A DNA stretch of 64,000 bases, taken from the NCBI GenBank assembly GCA_000146045.2, contig BK006945.2, positions 352,001 through 416,000 of the forward strand. Reading direction: 5' to 3'. This DNA comes from TPA_inf: Saccharomyces. Its lineage: Eukaryota. Under the pieces are notes generated by a model. The model saw nothing but the letters and a program-made list of their open reading frames with translations, did not search any database and was not told where the DNA came from. Below are positions 1-12,115 of this stretch, piece after piece (the stretch's first letter is position 1; each line of letters starts with the position of its first letter). The position numbers and the translations under genes are program-made.

Positions 1-3000
1 TCCACCGAAGGGCCTCTCTTCTGTTCCTTTTTAATAGGACCCCCTTTATTTGCTTTGATCCACTCTATAATGATATCAAAAACGAAAGCGTTCCCTGTCT
101 CCTTTGCATTTTCAAGCTTCTTCAATAATTCATTAATGAATAACTCAAATCTAGAATATGACTCGATAAATGAAGAATCAAAAATTCGACTGGAATTGAA
201 GTGTACGAAAAACGAAGATAAGGTCGATTTTGCATCTAACAAGATCTTTTGTTGTTCTGAAGTTGCTGAGTATTTCGAAATAACAGACAAGGTCTGTGCG
301 GCATAGTCTAACAAAGAAGGCAGCCACTTTTCAAACAATCTGACATTATCTACATTCGCTTTTAATGAAGAATGAACAATATCGCCCTTTAAGCAAGTAA
401 AGTGTTCTAGGTCTAACATCATACCATTAATCTTACAGTAATCATTCGTGAACTCTGATAGAGGGTGACGAACTGTAATCAGGGAAAACATCAAACTCTG
501 TGCGAGTGCCATACCTCTTTCTATAGCAGCAACAGGGATATCATCACTTGGATTCGATGCAGCGCTTCTCAGCTTGGGTAAAAGGTCAAGGATTTTGAAA
601 AAGAATGCGTCTGACGAATTTAAATATTCATTATTGAAAGGGGCAATGTTTGCCAAAATAGTTGTTGTAGAAGATTGAACTTTTTGAATGTCTTCCCTAA
701 AATTGACTTTTAAACCGATTCTTCTCAATTCTTTCAATGCATCACCTAAAAGTTTACTTTTTTGAGTCTTCAAGTATGCCAACCTCTTTTTGTTCTCCTT
801 TGTATATACATTAGGGGTTTCCTTACGTAACCTTTCAGCTTCAGCATAAAAGTCCGATGCTAAATCTGCGAAGTTAGGGAATTCCTGTGATGATATCTTT
901 TCCAAGTAGGAGTCCATGTTACTTGCTACCGTGTCAATATTCCTTAATGGCGCAGCTCTCATACTCCAAGTAGAAATTTCTTTCACCAAATTTTTCGAAG
1001 CCTCTAAGTTGGGGTCTTCGTAAAAATGTTGTTTTAAAGTAGGGAGTTTTAGTTTATTTTCGTTGGAATACAAAAGACCGGCCTCAATAATGGTTTTCGC
1101 ATCCCCATTTAGCAAATCACGGTATTTTCTGACAATTTTGTAAAGGTTGTTATGAGACTTACGAGAACTTTGTTTCAGGGCATCAACGTTAACATCTTTC
1201 CAACTGGCTAAAAGAATTATATCGTCAATTTCTTTTTCCAGACTCTTTTTTCCATTCGTAATCCGCTCATCAATTAATGGTTTGAACTGATAATAGAATT
1301 TTATAGTATTATGGAGCAAGCCCGCTATCTTCGAGCTCCTCAATCCAATTAGTTGAATGTGCTTGTAGAATGCTTTTACAAGATCTAGCCTGGCGTTGAA
1401 TTCGCCCAATGTACTCTTACTAAAAAATAAGTTAAGTGAGCTTACCAAAAGTGTAGCGTTAGGGGCCGTTTCCTTCTTTTCACTAACAAAATTTGAAATG
1501 ACAATTGACTCGTACAAATAAAACCACCATTTTCCAATAGATTTTCTGGTTTTTGCGTCTTCCGAGTTGAAAAGACCTTTCCAGGTGCGTAATTCTAGTT
1601 TTCTCCATGAAACTATCAAATCTGTAATCAGTTTAACGGTGTTATTCAGGGATACTTCCGAGGAAGCGTATTTTTCCCATTCAGCTAGGTATGTATATAT
1701 TTGTTCGATCTTTTGAAGCTGTCTTGCTAAGGGTGTTTTAATGGGGTAGTTTAAAAATTCTTGGGAAACTCGATATAATTCTTTGAGGGTGGCATGTTCT
1801 GGCCACTGCTTCAACAATTTCAAGACTGACTTAAGCACAGTTTCAATGATATCACCTGCTTTTTGAAACTCCGGAATAGAGAAATCGTGGTAAAAATCGA
1901 TATTACCAAAAACTTCCGTGTTTTTGAAAGATTGTGTTTCTGCATCAAGTGTATTAATCACAGCAGACAACGATCCGCTTTTCAACTCTTCTATCCTGGT
2001 GTTTTTTAAATCTTCACTCAAAATTGTTGTTATTATCGCACCGCTCTTCAACTCAGAAGAAAAGTTGGCGTCATGATCTTTGTCAAATACCGAGATATAT
2101 GTGTCGGCAAGCTTGAAATAGATGTCATCAAGATTTTCAGGACTCGAAATATCTTTTTCATTAGTTACCAAAGCTGTGTCCTCATAATCTGGAAACAGCT
2201 TTCTAAAGTCTGCCTCGTAATCATCTGAATTATCATTGAATTTGAACATATTTGACTTTTCGTTTTCCTCCTGCTCCTGTCTGAAACGTCTCACAGACCA
2301 TCTTGAATACAGAGTATACAAAGCAGCCTCAAAAATTTCCAGTAAATTTGTATCCCTCTTATGGAACTTAAACAGCGTCAAGAAGTACATCAAAACCTTT
2401 TCAATCGAAGTATCTTCCATATCACCCTTTTTGAAGAACCTTGACAGCTCATGATAAGCGCTTAAAACATTCTCTGCGCATGAAATATTGATAGGGTCCA
2501 TACTCCATAAAGGAGAAATTTGGAATGATGCTCTATCCTTAGATTTTTGAAGCTTCAATAAATCAAAGCCAAAGTTGATACTGTAAATATATCCCGCGAG
2601 GATATCATTTAAATCAGCAAATTTTGAATAACCGCTTTCGAGACGATTCAAAAAATGTGCACTATTTTGTTGGAGCATTTCTAATCTACGATCCGATTGA
2701 TCTGAATTGCACTTGTAGGAACTCACTAGCTCTTTTATTTGACGAGAACTCATAGTTGACGACAAAAATGCCATCCATTCATCAAATAAAGAGTCAATAG
2801 ACATGCCTGTACGATATACCCTAGGGGATTGAGGTGCGTCGTCATCGCTTATGGTATTGATAAGTTTTTCTGTGAAAATCTCCTCATCGCCACTGATTAC
2901 TTTACGAACATTTCTCCAACTTTTCATTAGGTTTTGAGAAAATGTCTTTGTCTTCAAAAATAAATCATATAAAACGTAATCGTGTATTGCCGGATCATAG

Positions 3001-6000
3001 GGAGAATCTGGGACGAATAGCAGAAGCAAACCTGTACCAAATGTGATCCAAGCTTCTCCCAGTTCTTCTAATGATTTCGAACTTTCAGCCAAATCTAGAG
3101 CGGGAAAGATGTATTCTGCAAAAGTCACGCGTGTCTCTGAAGCAGTTTTTTCTTCTATGAGAGAGCAAAGTTCTTTCAAAGTCAATTTCAAGCAGTCCCC
3201 GCCGACGTGAATATCAATAACTTTTCTGAGCCATGACAGTAACATATTTTTATAGTACTCCATTTGGCTCTTAAGTAGGTTAGGTGAACACTTGATAGTG
3301 GAGGAAAGTAGCAATTCTGCGTCACTAATAGATTGTTTGATCTGATTTCCCGAAAATGATTTCAAATTATTAGATTTACGAACGACATCTTCGAGAAACT
3401 GGGATGAAAATATGGTAGAAGTAAAGGAAGTCAATTTAGCATTTTTTTCTGTCCAAAGAACATCAAAGATAGGCGGATAATTGTATTTGTTGGTAATAAG
3501 TTTTGTAAGTTTTTGCGTGGCTAAAGAAGAAGCGGGAGCAAGTTCTTTTATTAGCTCGGCTGTGTCAACTGAGAAGGTATATCTGATCAAATTGTCAAAT
3601 TCGTCAGCAAAATAATGTTTTCTTTTGTTTAAAAACTTATTTGAAATTAGTTCCAATTCATTTATACCATCTTCTAACTTTGATAGCAAGAGATTAAACT
3701 CACTTAATTTATTATTCAACACATCATCATTTAGCAACCGGAAAACGTCCATCAAATCCTTAATGGAATTGTATGATTCAGAAAATTGGAGCAGACGTAC
3801 TTTGTCAAATTTTTCAGATAAATTAATGAGCTTTTCGAAAGCTAGCCAGCTGTTGGAGGTTGTCGGATAATTTTTTCTGAATATATCCCATAGTAAAGTT
3901 ATGGAGTGGCCCCTCGACAACTGTAAAACATCGGTAAATTCCAAATTGATGTTAAGGAAGGGAGTTATCTCAATGTCTGATTTGGATTTTACGGACGCAA
4001 TCCAGCTATCTATCAACTCCTTATATACTCTTAGACGTGCTTCATCCTTTGTAACGGCGGTTTCTAATGCTGCAATTACAATTACCAGTAAATCCCAATA
4101 ATATTGATATTGGTTGGAGCCGCAAAATAAACTTTCCGTCTTAAGGTTTTCAGACATTACTGTTAAAATATTGTAGAGAATACAGAATATTGGAATGCGA
4201 GGAATATTCTTCAAATGGCGACCGTTAAAGGCAGCCGCAGATAATTCAATATACGTCAGTTCGTCAATTTTACCATGAGTTGATTTTTCATTGATTAATT
4301 TGAGAGCGTTCAAAGAGTTGAGTAGCAGACGTAAACTTGATAATAAGTATAACGACTCTGGAGATTTGATCTTATCTGAATACTTGCTGACTGTTGGAAG
4401 AACATATTCGTTCAAGGTAAGCGAGACAGTTTCCTCTGTCAATTGCTTATCATGCAGCCCCAAAGCCTTCTGGAATTTTAGGTTTGCAGGTTTGTATAGG
4501 TTATTAATCTTTTCTAAGACACCCATATCAGTCAAAAATGTTATAAAAACATAAAGCCTTTCTGCGATCTTTTTTTCTGAGTACTCCGTGCAATTCAATA
4601 CATTATTGGCCCATTTACCAACTTCCCCTAAATGGGAAATCGGAATAACAGCAGCAAGAGATTCTTCAATTGGTTCTTCGTCAGATAATAATAAAATATC
4701 ATGTACTTGTGCAAATATGCATGGTCTGCTTAAATAGGATGGAACATAGTGTTTTAATGGTATCGACATATCAGGTTCATTTAGTTTTATTTTTTTGATG
4801 CCATCATCAATAGAAACAAAGTCTATATTCTCTCCAAGTTCAAAGCCTAGGGTGAGGCGATCGAAGGCTGTAGAACGACTGTGCAATTCGTCGATATAAA
4901 TCTCCACACCTCTGTTTCTCATAGCTCGGGATAATTCACCATATTTTGGATCCATGGTCAAAAATAATCTGAAGTTAGGGTGGGGTTTGAGAACCCTTGG
5001 TTGGCCATCTTCTTGGCTACATTCATTGATGAGCAGCGACCCGTCTATCTCCAATAGAGAGTTCAGTCTATCAAGAACAGAAGGAGAACAAAGATTAGCA
5101 TTATCTAAGATTAGCCAATGGCCCTTTTCAACTGCTTTGACCAACATGCCATCAAACCATTCAAATTTAACCGAAGCTTCCTTAGTGATGATTTCAGTCA
5201 TTTTTTCAATATTCATACTCATAGTTTTTAATAGGGGATGCCCTTCTAAGTGCGAAAAGAACCTATTAAAACGATTTCTGAAATCTTGGAATTTCTCAGG
5301 TGTGACGATATTATTGAGCAAATATTTCAATAAGTTCAAACCTTCCATGATTGCGGTAGCATTTGGTGAGAGCTTCATATTCATCGAGATTATTTCTCTT
5401 ACGATATTTGTTAACTCCTCAGTGATATATGATATTTGTCTAGTCAAATCAACTTGTTCATAACCACCAAGGATATCCATACTATCTATATCACTATTCA
5501 TGGAAAACACGTCTACTCTGGGACCCAAGATTGAAGCTAAAAATCTTATCGTTTCCGTTTTACCGGAGTTTGAGGGCCCAACAAGTACCAACGGCCAATT
5601 ATTGTTGATTGCTTTCAAAACAGATTCATAAACGGCGACATTGCACTCTAATGGGAAAAGATTCTGGGTAATTGGATAGCGGTAATGGGGATTTCTTAGA
5701 GCTACCTCGTTGTTAATTTGAACATAGTCTTCTGTAAGTTTGAAAAAGTTCTCTTTAGTTGAGAATTTACCAAAAATATCTTCAATGAGAAGCTGTGCTT
5801 TATTCTTATCGCTGATAGTACGGAACCTCTGCTTAACGATTATATCAACAAAGTCAAACACGTCCACATCTTCGCAAATCGAATATTGGTTGAGTAACTT
5901 TAGCCAACGCAATGTATCTCTCAAATTGAACTCCCATGGTGAACCAGAATTACCCCAAAGTTTTCTTTTACAGACTTGATCCTCTAAAGTAGACATTAAC

Positions 6001-9000
6001 TTAATCATTTTCGCGATGATATCTGGCTCAATACTTGGATATAAGTGTTTTGCAATCAAAAGGAGATCATCAGATGTAAGCATGTCAATAAATACCACGC
6101 TAAATCGATTAACGAAAGATTTAGGAAGACCTTTCCTACCACCACCTTGATACTGAGGATTTTGAGCAGCAAAGACCAGAAAATTGGGGTGGCAGGAAAA
6201 CGATATGTCCAACTCGGGGATATACGCTTCGCCTCGATGATCTAAACAGGCATTCAACCCTTCTAGGACGGATTGGGAGGCTAAATTCATTTCATCTAAT
6301 AAAACCCACTCACCTTTCTTCATTGCTCTTAAAAACGGAGCATCGTGCCATAAAAATTCACCACTTCGCTCACCAGGAGCGTCTGCACCGAAAAGATCTA
6401 CTAGATCCGTTTGTTCAGACAAATTGATTCTTGTAAGCTTATTTCCTGTAATATTGGCAAGAGCGGTGATTAAACTTGTTTTACCAACACCTGGACTACC
6501 TTCAAGTAAAATTGGCTTGTGTACTTGCATAGCCCGTACAACCCTTACTAAGTTTGAGGCAGTAGTGGGGGCGGTTAAGTTAAAGGATGAAGACTGAGCA
6601 TCTGGAAATCTTGGTATTTTGAACATTCCGACTTGTAATTCATCCTGAGTCACAATAATTTCGTTCGTTTCAATTTGTTGTAGTTCCAAATCGTCACCAC
6701 ATAGTTTCAATAGTTGTATAATACATTCTGTTCTAAGTGACTTTAAATCATTTTCGTTTTCAGCTAAGTAAGCAGTGTTATTTGTACCAAGGGCGTCAAT
6801 AAAAACCATTGAGGCACCTTGAATTAAGGCAGTTGACTTGTTCTGTATTTTCGGAAACACTTTATTAATAAATTCAACCCATGCAAGTATGTCACGTAAA
6901 GAAATGACACCACTTGTTGCATTTCCGCCTCCCAGCTTCTTGCCAAACCATTCAGAGAATTTCACAATTGGATTAGCAAGATCTTTCAAGTCCTCTAAAA
7001 GCCTTGAGGATACGATCATGTTTACATCGTTGAAATCTTCCATGGATGGTACCCATATTTCAGTAAATCTATTTCTTAACGCTGGAGATAATTCTTTTTT
7101 ACCGTAATCTCCACCAGGGTTCATGGTTGCGAAGAATTGAAAGTTTTCTGAAGCCGTTACAAGGCTATCGGATGAACCCTGTTCTGCTAACAACAAACTC
7201 CTTTCTGGCTCCAAAACACTATTTAGTCTTTCAAGAACGGAATCATCTGCTAGCGATATTTCATCAAGTAGAAAAAAATTTCCCGTCCTCATAGCTTGAA
7301 TCAGAGGCCCGTCACTCCATTCAAATAAAACATTCAAACTATCCCTCAGCTTTTGTATTTCCAGTTGAACATCTTCGGCTATATTTTTATTATCTGACTT
7401 AGAATATAGCTGTAATAACTCTTTCAAGTCTACATCTTGGTCATTAGCAATATTCAATGCTGTTTTTAAGGATTTTATTAGCTTATATTGAATTTCAGAC
7501 CTGTTACGAACAGGTCTTTGAGCACCTAATATGTCTCCAGTTTCTGTGTTTTGATGGGCATTTAGTGTGATCAGTTCTCGACCCATGAATTGCGCCAATA
7601 ATTGGCAAATTGTTGTTTTGCCGCACCCAGTTTCACCTACCAGTAGTACTGGCTCCTTATTCTTTAAACAACTAGAAACTAAGACGGATAGTCGGCGCAT
7701 TCCTTTTGTCCAAGTAACAGAGCCAATGGCTTCTAAGGATTTATCTTCCAGACTTGCATAATATTGGTCCATATCTAATTTAACTTTCATTACTTTTTCT
7801 AAAGTCTTTTTGACTGTAACTTTTTCTTGTGGAGTTCTGCACCTTTCTGCAAGAAGCATATAGCCACTGGCAGCAAGCTGCTCATATCCCACTGCGTCCC
7901 TTAAAGCCCAGCGGAAAAGATCACGTAGAGTTGCAAAACTATTTTTCTGTTCGAACAACCTTGAAGCGGAACGTTCGATGGATAATTGGCGGTATACTTC
8001 AACGATTTTCTTTGCATATGATGGGGCAATTTGGCAGCGCTCACGTAGGATAATTTCTAATTCATCTTGCGGAATATCGTCGAAGTGCAACTCCAGAAAA
8101 CGATTCCTAAAAGCTCTTGAAAGAATTTTACGGCCACCGTATATCCCAGGTGGATTCTGGGTAGCAAAAAGAAGGAAATCAGGATGAGGATGTACAACTT
8201 CTTGTGTTTCTGGAATAAAAAGTTCTCTGTTATCGTCAAGTAACCTATTTAAGGCTTCTAAAACATCGGTTGGGGCAAGATTTAATTCATCCAAAACAAT
8301 CCAATATCCTTTTCGTAGTGCCTCGACTAAAACACCTTCCTTAAACGACAGCTTTCCGGTATCATCGGTAACATATGTACCTAAATATTCCTGTAAATCT
8401 GTATGCTCATGGTTATTTATACGGACAAACTTATGGCCCGTTATATCCGCAAGATATTTGATCATACTGGTTTTTCCCGATGAAGTTGGACCTTGAATAA
8501 GCACAGGAAATCTTTTGCCTGATGTAGCTCTTACCAAATTCATCATATTCTTTTCAACAAAAGGCGTAATGATATAGTGAGCTTGTTCTTGAATTGTATT
8601 AGGGCCCTTTTTCATCCAATAATGCTTAAACTGAACATAATCTGGTCCTGGAGAGGGAGGTGTCTGTGACATGATTGACTTGACATTTTTTAGCCTCCCC
8701 AATGTGAATTTTTCTATTACTGGCTTCAGAATGGCCTCAGATTTTTGGTCCAGTAAAGTCAAAAAACTCATACAGAATCCATCATACAGGGAACGGCGTA
8801 GACCGTAGATATGAATAATATCAGTAACATAAAGCAATGTACGCGTCAGGGTACGGATACTAAAGTGTGGTTTTTGGTTTGAGCCATCAACTATAGTATT
8901 GTTATCGGAGAGTTTTTTGGCTTCAAGGTAAAGTTCAGCGATGTCATTTCCTACCCATTCATCGCTGACGCTGTACTTTCCAATATATTTATCAATTATG

Positions 9001-11738
9001 GAAAGCAAATCAGTAATATCACGTTCCGGAGAATGTACATATATTTCGGTAAATCTTGATCTGATACCCATAGGTAAGTCTCTTTTACCAACATCAGTAG
9101 CGGGGTTCATACAAGCAAATATTCTAAAATCGGGGTGAGCTTTTATAGGCTCAGCGTCACCCTTTTCTGAAAGAAGAATACTACGAGAATCAGGCTCGGT
9201 GAGAAGGTCAGAAATACTTTCTAAGGTATCTGCGGTTGCTAAATTCACTTCATCGAGCAATAGCCACTCCCCAGCCCTGATAGTCTTTACCAAAGAACCC
9301 TCGACAAAATTGAAGACAAACGAGTTTTCAATAGAGCTAGACTGGGCCTCAAACTTCTTCACTGAGTCATTGAAGTCAGCCCATTTGTCAAGTAACAATT
9401 TTTTTTCATGAGTATTGAGTCTTCTTTTCTTCTTCTTTGCATTTTCGTTTTCATTTTCAGTGTTTGTAATTTTTAATATGCTTTGAGCCATTTTGTACGC
9501 TTCGTTCCAAAGTTTAACAACGTTCTTCCATTGATTCTTGTTGAAGCACCTATGTAGCATCTTGTGAAACTTCTCGTTCTTCTTTAAGGAAAATGTAGCA
9601 TTAAAAAGAGTTTCAAAATTTTCTTGTATAGGAACTGCAACTGTTTTAGAATTTACGGGTTTGTACCCACCAAGAAGATCACCAGTTTCTGTTTGTTGTG
9701 AAACATTGATTACCGTTAATTTTTTTGCTAACATCTTAGCAAGTTGTTGAACGACTGTAGTTTTCCCGGTACCCGTTTCACCGACTAGTAAAACAGGTTC
9801 AGTCATCTGTATACAAACAGAAATCTGTTCCATTAGTCTTAAAGAATGATTCGTAAATGCGAACAATGTGCTGTTCATTGATTTTTTTTGTATATTTAGC
9901 TTTTCCTTAAGTAATACGGCTCTTCCAATTTTAATGCTATCATCAAGGTTTTCCAAAGTGGGCACATGTTGGGTCAAAAATAACGAAATCCTTGAGGAAG
10001 CAATGTCTAATGACTCGCCGATTGCTTGTATAATAGGTTCCAAAGCTTTGAATTCTCCAATAGCGCCAGCGAAACAGTCGGCGGCTTCGGAGAAAATACT
10101 GTCGTAGACAGAAGACTGGATTAGTTGGTCAGGTTTGTTGATGCCATTGTTTTTGAATAGGATGTCTAACCTTTCGCACAGCTTAATTAAATCTCTTACA
10201 GATACAACTCTTGTGTGTGCCCCCTTGTTCAATGAAATGAACTTGGTGTTCATATAAATACTTTTGACGTTTTTGTATGAATCGATTAGTTTGGGGATAA
10301 GGTTGGTCAAAATGGGAAACTTTTGGGCTAAAATGTGTGTCAAATCCTCTTCGCTAGGTTCCTCTAATTCAATAACATTCCAGATTCTCATACCAATCAT
10401 ATTCAAGTTATAGATCTTATTGGAACTATCCTTCTGATGATCTTCGTTTATTCTAACAGTTGATATTAACTGGAAACCATTTGCAGCCTTTACAGTCTCT
10501 CCTCTGGATGGAATGGTTAGTTCGCGCTTTTCTAAAAGCGATAAAAGTATTGATAAAACATCTGTAGGAGCTTTATCTATGTCTTCTATAAGTACCCATC
10601 TCCCTTCTTTGACCGCGGTAGCGAGAACACCAGCTCTCCATTCAAACGTGCCTGGCTTGTCACCAGAGGTATAAGTACCAATCAGTAACTTGGCATCAGT
10701 TTGTTCACCTAAATGAATTTTCACAATGGAGTCATGGCAACCCATATATTTACTTAGCTCATTGATTAAAAAGGTTTTACCGGATCCCGCTTTTCCAATG
10801 AGCATTATTGGAGTTGAATTTTGAATCTTTCTCCCGAGTTGACGAAGAGAGGAAACCGTTTTATGAGTAGGGACAAAGGTTAATGGGTAGAATACTTTGT
10901 CGTGGATAGTGTGGACCTTAGGGACGATAACGCCACAGATTGACGCGACCTTAGTACTCAAATCCTGAGGCTCAATAATGAAGTAGCTAGATTTTTTTTC
11001 TATAGTGAAACATTCTGGAACACTGGGTAGTTTAGAGAAATTTGCACATCTCTTAGCTTCGTTCAGTTCGAGGAAGCTGTAATCAATTCCAGAATCGCCC
11101 TCAAAATGGCCCAACAATGAATCGCGTGATTTTATATAAGTGTCGAGCATATCGTTTAATGTTTTTTCTCCCATGTCTAAGTATAAAGATAAAACCTTTA
11201 ATGCTAGAAATATAACAACCTGATTTTCTTGTTCTTTGGTGAGTAAATCCACAAGTTGGTATAAAATGTCGGGTTGAATGAAGCGTGCAAATACTTCTTT
11301 ATTGTGATATAGTAACCTATAGTATGCTAATAGTATTTTAAACATGTCGGAATCCTTTTGTGTGGATGGATTTTGAAGAATAGTGATGAAATGATCATTC
11401 TCTTTATCTAAATAGTCTTCAATTAATGGCATTGCAACGGGAAATATTGTAATTATACTTGCCAACTTTTCAATTACAAGAACGTAATCTTTTTTTTTGG
11501 AGTCCTTTATCCAACGTGCCACTATCTCTAAAAAAATATGTTTGTAAAGGAAAACATGACCAGTGATGGAACGGCTATGTAGTATAGTTCCTGCTAAATT
11601 GTCTAAATTCTCAGAAGTTGATTCCTTGTTGCTAAAGTGGAAGGGCGCTTCAATAGCATCAGAGGGAAAAGCAGAATTGAAGAGAATTAACCTTTGGTTA
11701 ACTACGTCTAAATCTAACAAAATTCTATCCTGGGACAT
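1..11738 (-). CDS. MDN1: Midasin, giant AAA ATPase for 60S ribosome biogenesis (YLR106C); N-terminal ~3900 codons, with the 3' end lying beyond position 1
   Basis: There is one uninterrupted minus-strand reading frame across 11.7 kb and no large plus-strand ORFs. The reverse complement at 11738 reads ATG TCC CAG GAT AGA ATT = MSQDRILLDLDVVNQRL..., which matches the Mdn1 N-terminus. Several Walker-A boxes follow, e.g. the reverse complement of ~5560-5600 gives LVLVGPSNSGKTET, and GPTSSGKT-type motifs recur. The ORF track omits it because it has no in-window stop. Confidence 0.9.
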   Translation of the reverse strand, partial: MSQDRILLDLDVVNQRLILFNSAFPSDAIEAPFHFSNKESTSENLDNLAGTILHSRSITGHVFLYKHIFLEIVARWIKDSKKKDYVLVIEKLASIITIFPVAMPLIEDYLDKENDHFITILQNPSTQKDSDMFKILLAYYRLLYHNKEVFARFIQPDILYQLVDLLTKEQENQVVIFLALKVLSLYLDMGEKTLNDMLDTYIKSRDSLLGHFEGDSGIDYSFLELNEAKRCANFSKLPSVPECFTIEKKSSYFIIEPQDLSTKVASICGVIVPKVHTIHDKVFYPLTFVPTHKTVSSLRQLGRKIQNSTPIMLIGKAGSGKTFLINELSKYMGCHDSIVKIHLGEQTDAKLLIGTYTSGDKPGTFEWRAGVLATAVKEGRWVLIEDIDKAPTDVLSILLSLLEKRELTIPSRGETVKAANGFQLISTVRINEDHQKDSSNKIYNLNMIGMRIWNVIELEEPSEEDLTHILAQKFPILTNLIPKLIDSYKNVKSIYMNTKFISLNKGAHTRVVSVRDLIKLCERLDILFKNNGINKPDQLIQSSVYDSIFSEAADCFAGAIGEFKALEPIIQAIGESLDIASSRISLFLTQHVPTLENLDDSIKIGRAVLLKEKLNIQKKSMNSTLFAFTNHSLRLMEQISVCIQMTEPVLLVGETGTGKTTVVQQLAKMLAKKLTVINVSQQTETGDLLGGYKPVNSKTVAVPIQENFETLFNATFSLKKNEKFHKMLHRCFNKNQWKNVVKLWNEAYKMAQSILKITNTENENENAKKKKRRLNTHEKKLLLDKWADFNDSVKKFEAQSSSIENSFVFNFVEGSLVKTIRAGEWLLLDEVNLATADTLESISDLLTEPDSRSILLSEKGDAEPIKAHPDFRIFACMNPATDVGKRDLPMGIRSRFTEIYVHSPERDITDLLSIIDKYIGKYSVSDEWVGNDIAELYLEAKKLSDNNTIVDGSNQKPHFSIRTLTRTLLYVTDIIHIYGLRRSLYDGFCMSFLTLLDQKSEAILKPVIEKFTLGRLKNVKSIMSQTPPSPGPDYVQFKHYWMKKGPNTIQEQAHYIITPFVEKNMMNLVRATSGKRFPVLIQGPTSSGKTSMIKYLADITGHKFVRINNHEHTDLQEYLGTYVTDDTGKLSFKEGVLVEALRKGYWIVLDELNLAPTDVLEALNRLLDDNRELFIPETQEVVHPHPDFLLFATQNPPGIYGGRKILSRAFRNRFLELHFDDIPQDELEIILRERCQIAPSYAKKIVEVYRQLSIERSASRLFEQKNSFATLRDLFRWALRDAVGYEQLAASGYMLLAERCRTPQEKVTVKKTLEKVMKVKLDMDQYYASLEDKSLEAIGSVTWTKGMRRLSVLVSSCLKNKEPVLLVGETGCGKTTICQLLAQFMGRELITLNAHQNTETGDILGAQRPVRNRSEIQYKLIKSLKTALNIANDQDVDLKELLQLYSKSDNKNIAEDVQLEIQKLRDSLNVLFEWSDGPLIQAMRTGNFFLLDEISLADDSVLERLNSVLEPERSLLLAEQGSSDSLVTASENFQFFATMNPGGDYGKKELSPALRNRFTEIWVPSMEDFNDVNMIVSSRLLEDLKDLANPIVKFSEWFGKKLGGGNATSGVISLRDILAWVEFINKVFPKIQNKSTALIQGASMVFIDALGTNNTAYLAENENDLKSLRTECIIQLLKLCGDDLELQQIETNEIIVTQDELQVGMFKIPRFPDAQSSSFNLTAPTTASNLVRVVRAMQVHKPILLEGSPGVGKTSLITALANITGNKLTRINLSEQTDLVDLFGADAPGERSGEFLWHDAPFLRAMKKGEWVLLDEMNLASQSVLEGLNACLDHRGEAYIPELDISFSCHPNFLVFAAQNPQYQGGGRKGLPKSFVNRFSVVFIDMLTSDDLLLIAKHLYPSIEPDIIAKMIKLMSTLEDQVCKRKLWGNSGSPWEFNLRDTLRWLKLLNQYSICEDVDVFDFVDIIVKQRFRTISDKNKAQLLIEDIFGKFSTKENFFKLTEDYVQINNEVALRNPHYRYPITQNLFPLECNVAVYESVLKAINNNWPLVLVGPSNSGKTETIRFLASILGPRVDVFSMNSDIDSMDILGGYEQVDLTRQISYITEELTNIVREIISMNMKLSPNATAIMEGLNLLKYLLNNIVTPEKFQDFRNRFNRFFSHLEGHPLLKTMSMNIEKMTEIITKEASVKFEWFDGMLVKAVEKGHWLILDNANLCSPSVLDRLNSLLEIDGSLLINECSQEDGQPRVLKPHPNFRLFLTMDPKYGELSRAMRNRGVEIYIDELHSRSTAFDRLTLGFELGENIDFVSIDDGIKKIKLNEPDMSIPLKHYVPSYLSRPCIFAQVHDILLLSDEEPIEESLAAVIPISHLGEVGKWANNVLNCTEYSEKKIAERLYVFITFLTDMGVLEKINNLYKPANLKFQKALGLHDKQLTEETVSLTLNEYVLPTVSKYSDKIKSPESLYLLSSLRLLLNSLNALKLINEKSTHGKIDELTYIELSAAAFNGRHLKNIPRIPIFCILYNILTVMSENLKTESLFCGSNQYQYYWDLLVIVIAALETAVTKDEARLRVYKELIDSWIASVKSKSDIEITPFLNINLEFTDVLQLSRGHSITLLWDIFRKNYPTTSNSWLAFEKLINLSEKFDKVRLLQFSESYNSIKDLMDVFRLLNDDVLNNKLSEFNLLLSKLEDGINELELISNKFLNKRKHYFADEFDNLIRYTFSVDTAELIKELAPASSLATQKLTKLITNKYNYPPIFDVLWTEKNAKLTSFTSTIFSSQFLEDVVRKSNNLKSFSGNQIKQSISDAELLLSSTIKCSPNLLKSQMEYYKNMLLSWLRKVIDIHVGGDCLKLTLKELCSLIEEKTASETRVTFAEYIFPALDLAESSKSLEELGEAWITFGTGLLLLFVPDSPYDPAIHDYVLYDLFLKTKTFSQNLMKSWRNVRKVISGDEEIFTEKLINTISDDDAPQSPRVYRTGMSIDSLFDEWMAFLSSTMSSRQIKELVSSYKCNSDQSDRRLEMLQQNSAHFLNRLESGYSKFADLNDILAGYIYSINFGFDLLKLQKSKDRASFQISPLWSMDPINISCAENVLSAYHELSRFFKKGDMEDTSIEKVLMYFLTLFKFHKRDTNLLEIFEAALYTLYSRWSVRRFRQEQEENEKSNMFKFNDNSDDYEADFRKLFPDYEDTALVTNEKDISSPENLDDIYFKLADTYISVFDKDHDANFSSELKSGAIITTILSEDLKNTRIEELKSGSLSAVINTLDAETQSFKNTEVFGNIDFYHDFSIPEFQKAGDIIETVLKSVLKLLKQWPEHATLKELYRVSQEFLNYPIKTPLARQLQKIEQIYTYLAEWEKYASSEVSLNNTVKLITDLIVSWRKLELRTWKGLFNSEDAKTRKSIGKWWFYLYESIVISNFVSEKKETAPNATLLVSSLNLFFSKSTLGEFNARLDLVKAFYKHIQLIGLRSSKIAGLLHNTIKFYYQFKPLIDERITNGKKSLEKEIDDIILLASWKDVNVDALKQSSRKSHNNLYKIVRKYRDLLNGDAKTIIEAGLLYSNENKLKLPTLKQHFYEDPNLEASKNLVKEISTWSMRAAPLRNIDTVASNMDSYLEKISSQEFPNFADLASDFYAEAERLRKETPNVYTKENKKRLAYLKTQKSKLLGDALKELRRIGLKVNFREDIQKVQSSTTTILANIAPFNNEYLNSSDAFFFKILDLLPKLRSAASNPSDDIPVAAIERGMALAQSLMFSLITVRHPLSEFTNDYCKINGMMLDLEHFTCLKGDIVHSSLKANVDNVRLFEKWLPSLLDYAAQTLSVISKYSATSEQQKILLDAKSTLSSFFVHFNSSRIFDSSFIESYSRFELFINELLKKLENAKETGNAFVFDIIIEWIKANKGGPIKKEQKRGPSV

Positions 11739-12115
11739 TCTCAGCAGATTATAACGGTTTTAAAAATAATGTGACCGCGTAAAGTAGAGGTACCTTAAAA
11801 TAATAAGAGTAGAATTCGATGTCAAATTAACTCAGAGGTACTTTGAATCTTTAAAATAATCACTTTGGAGAGGAATGTCTAAAGTAAAGCAGTAAGTGAT
11901 ATAATGTTTTCTTTTCATAAAGCTAAATAGACCTTAGCTCATCGCTTCTTTAAAATTTTTCACTCGAAAAAGAAAAAATACCTCGTAAAGGGCGACAATA
12001 AATGATGAGTAGAAAAAGAAATGGAATAACGGTTCAAGTGCATTTAAAATCAATGCCTTGAATATGTGTTTCAGTATACATTCAGTTTGACTATATATCA
12101 AGAGAAAGCTTTAGT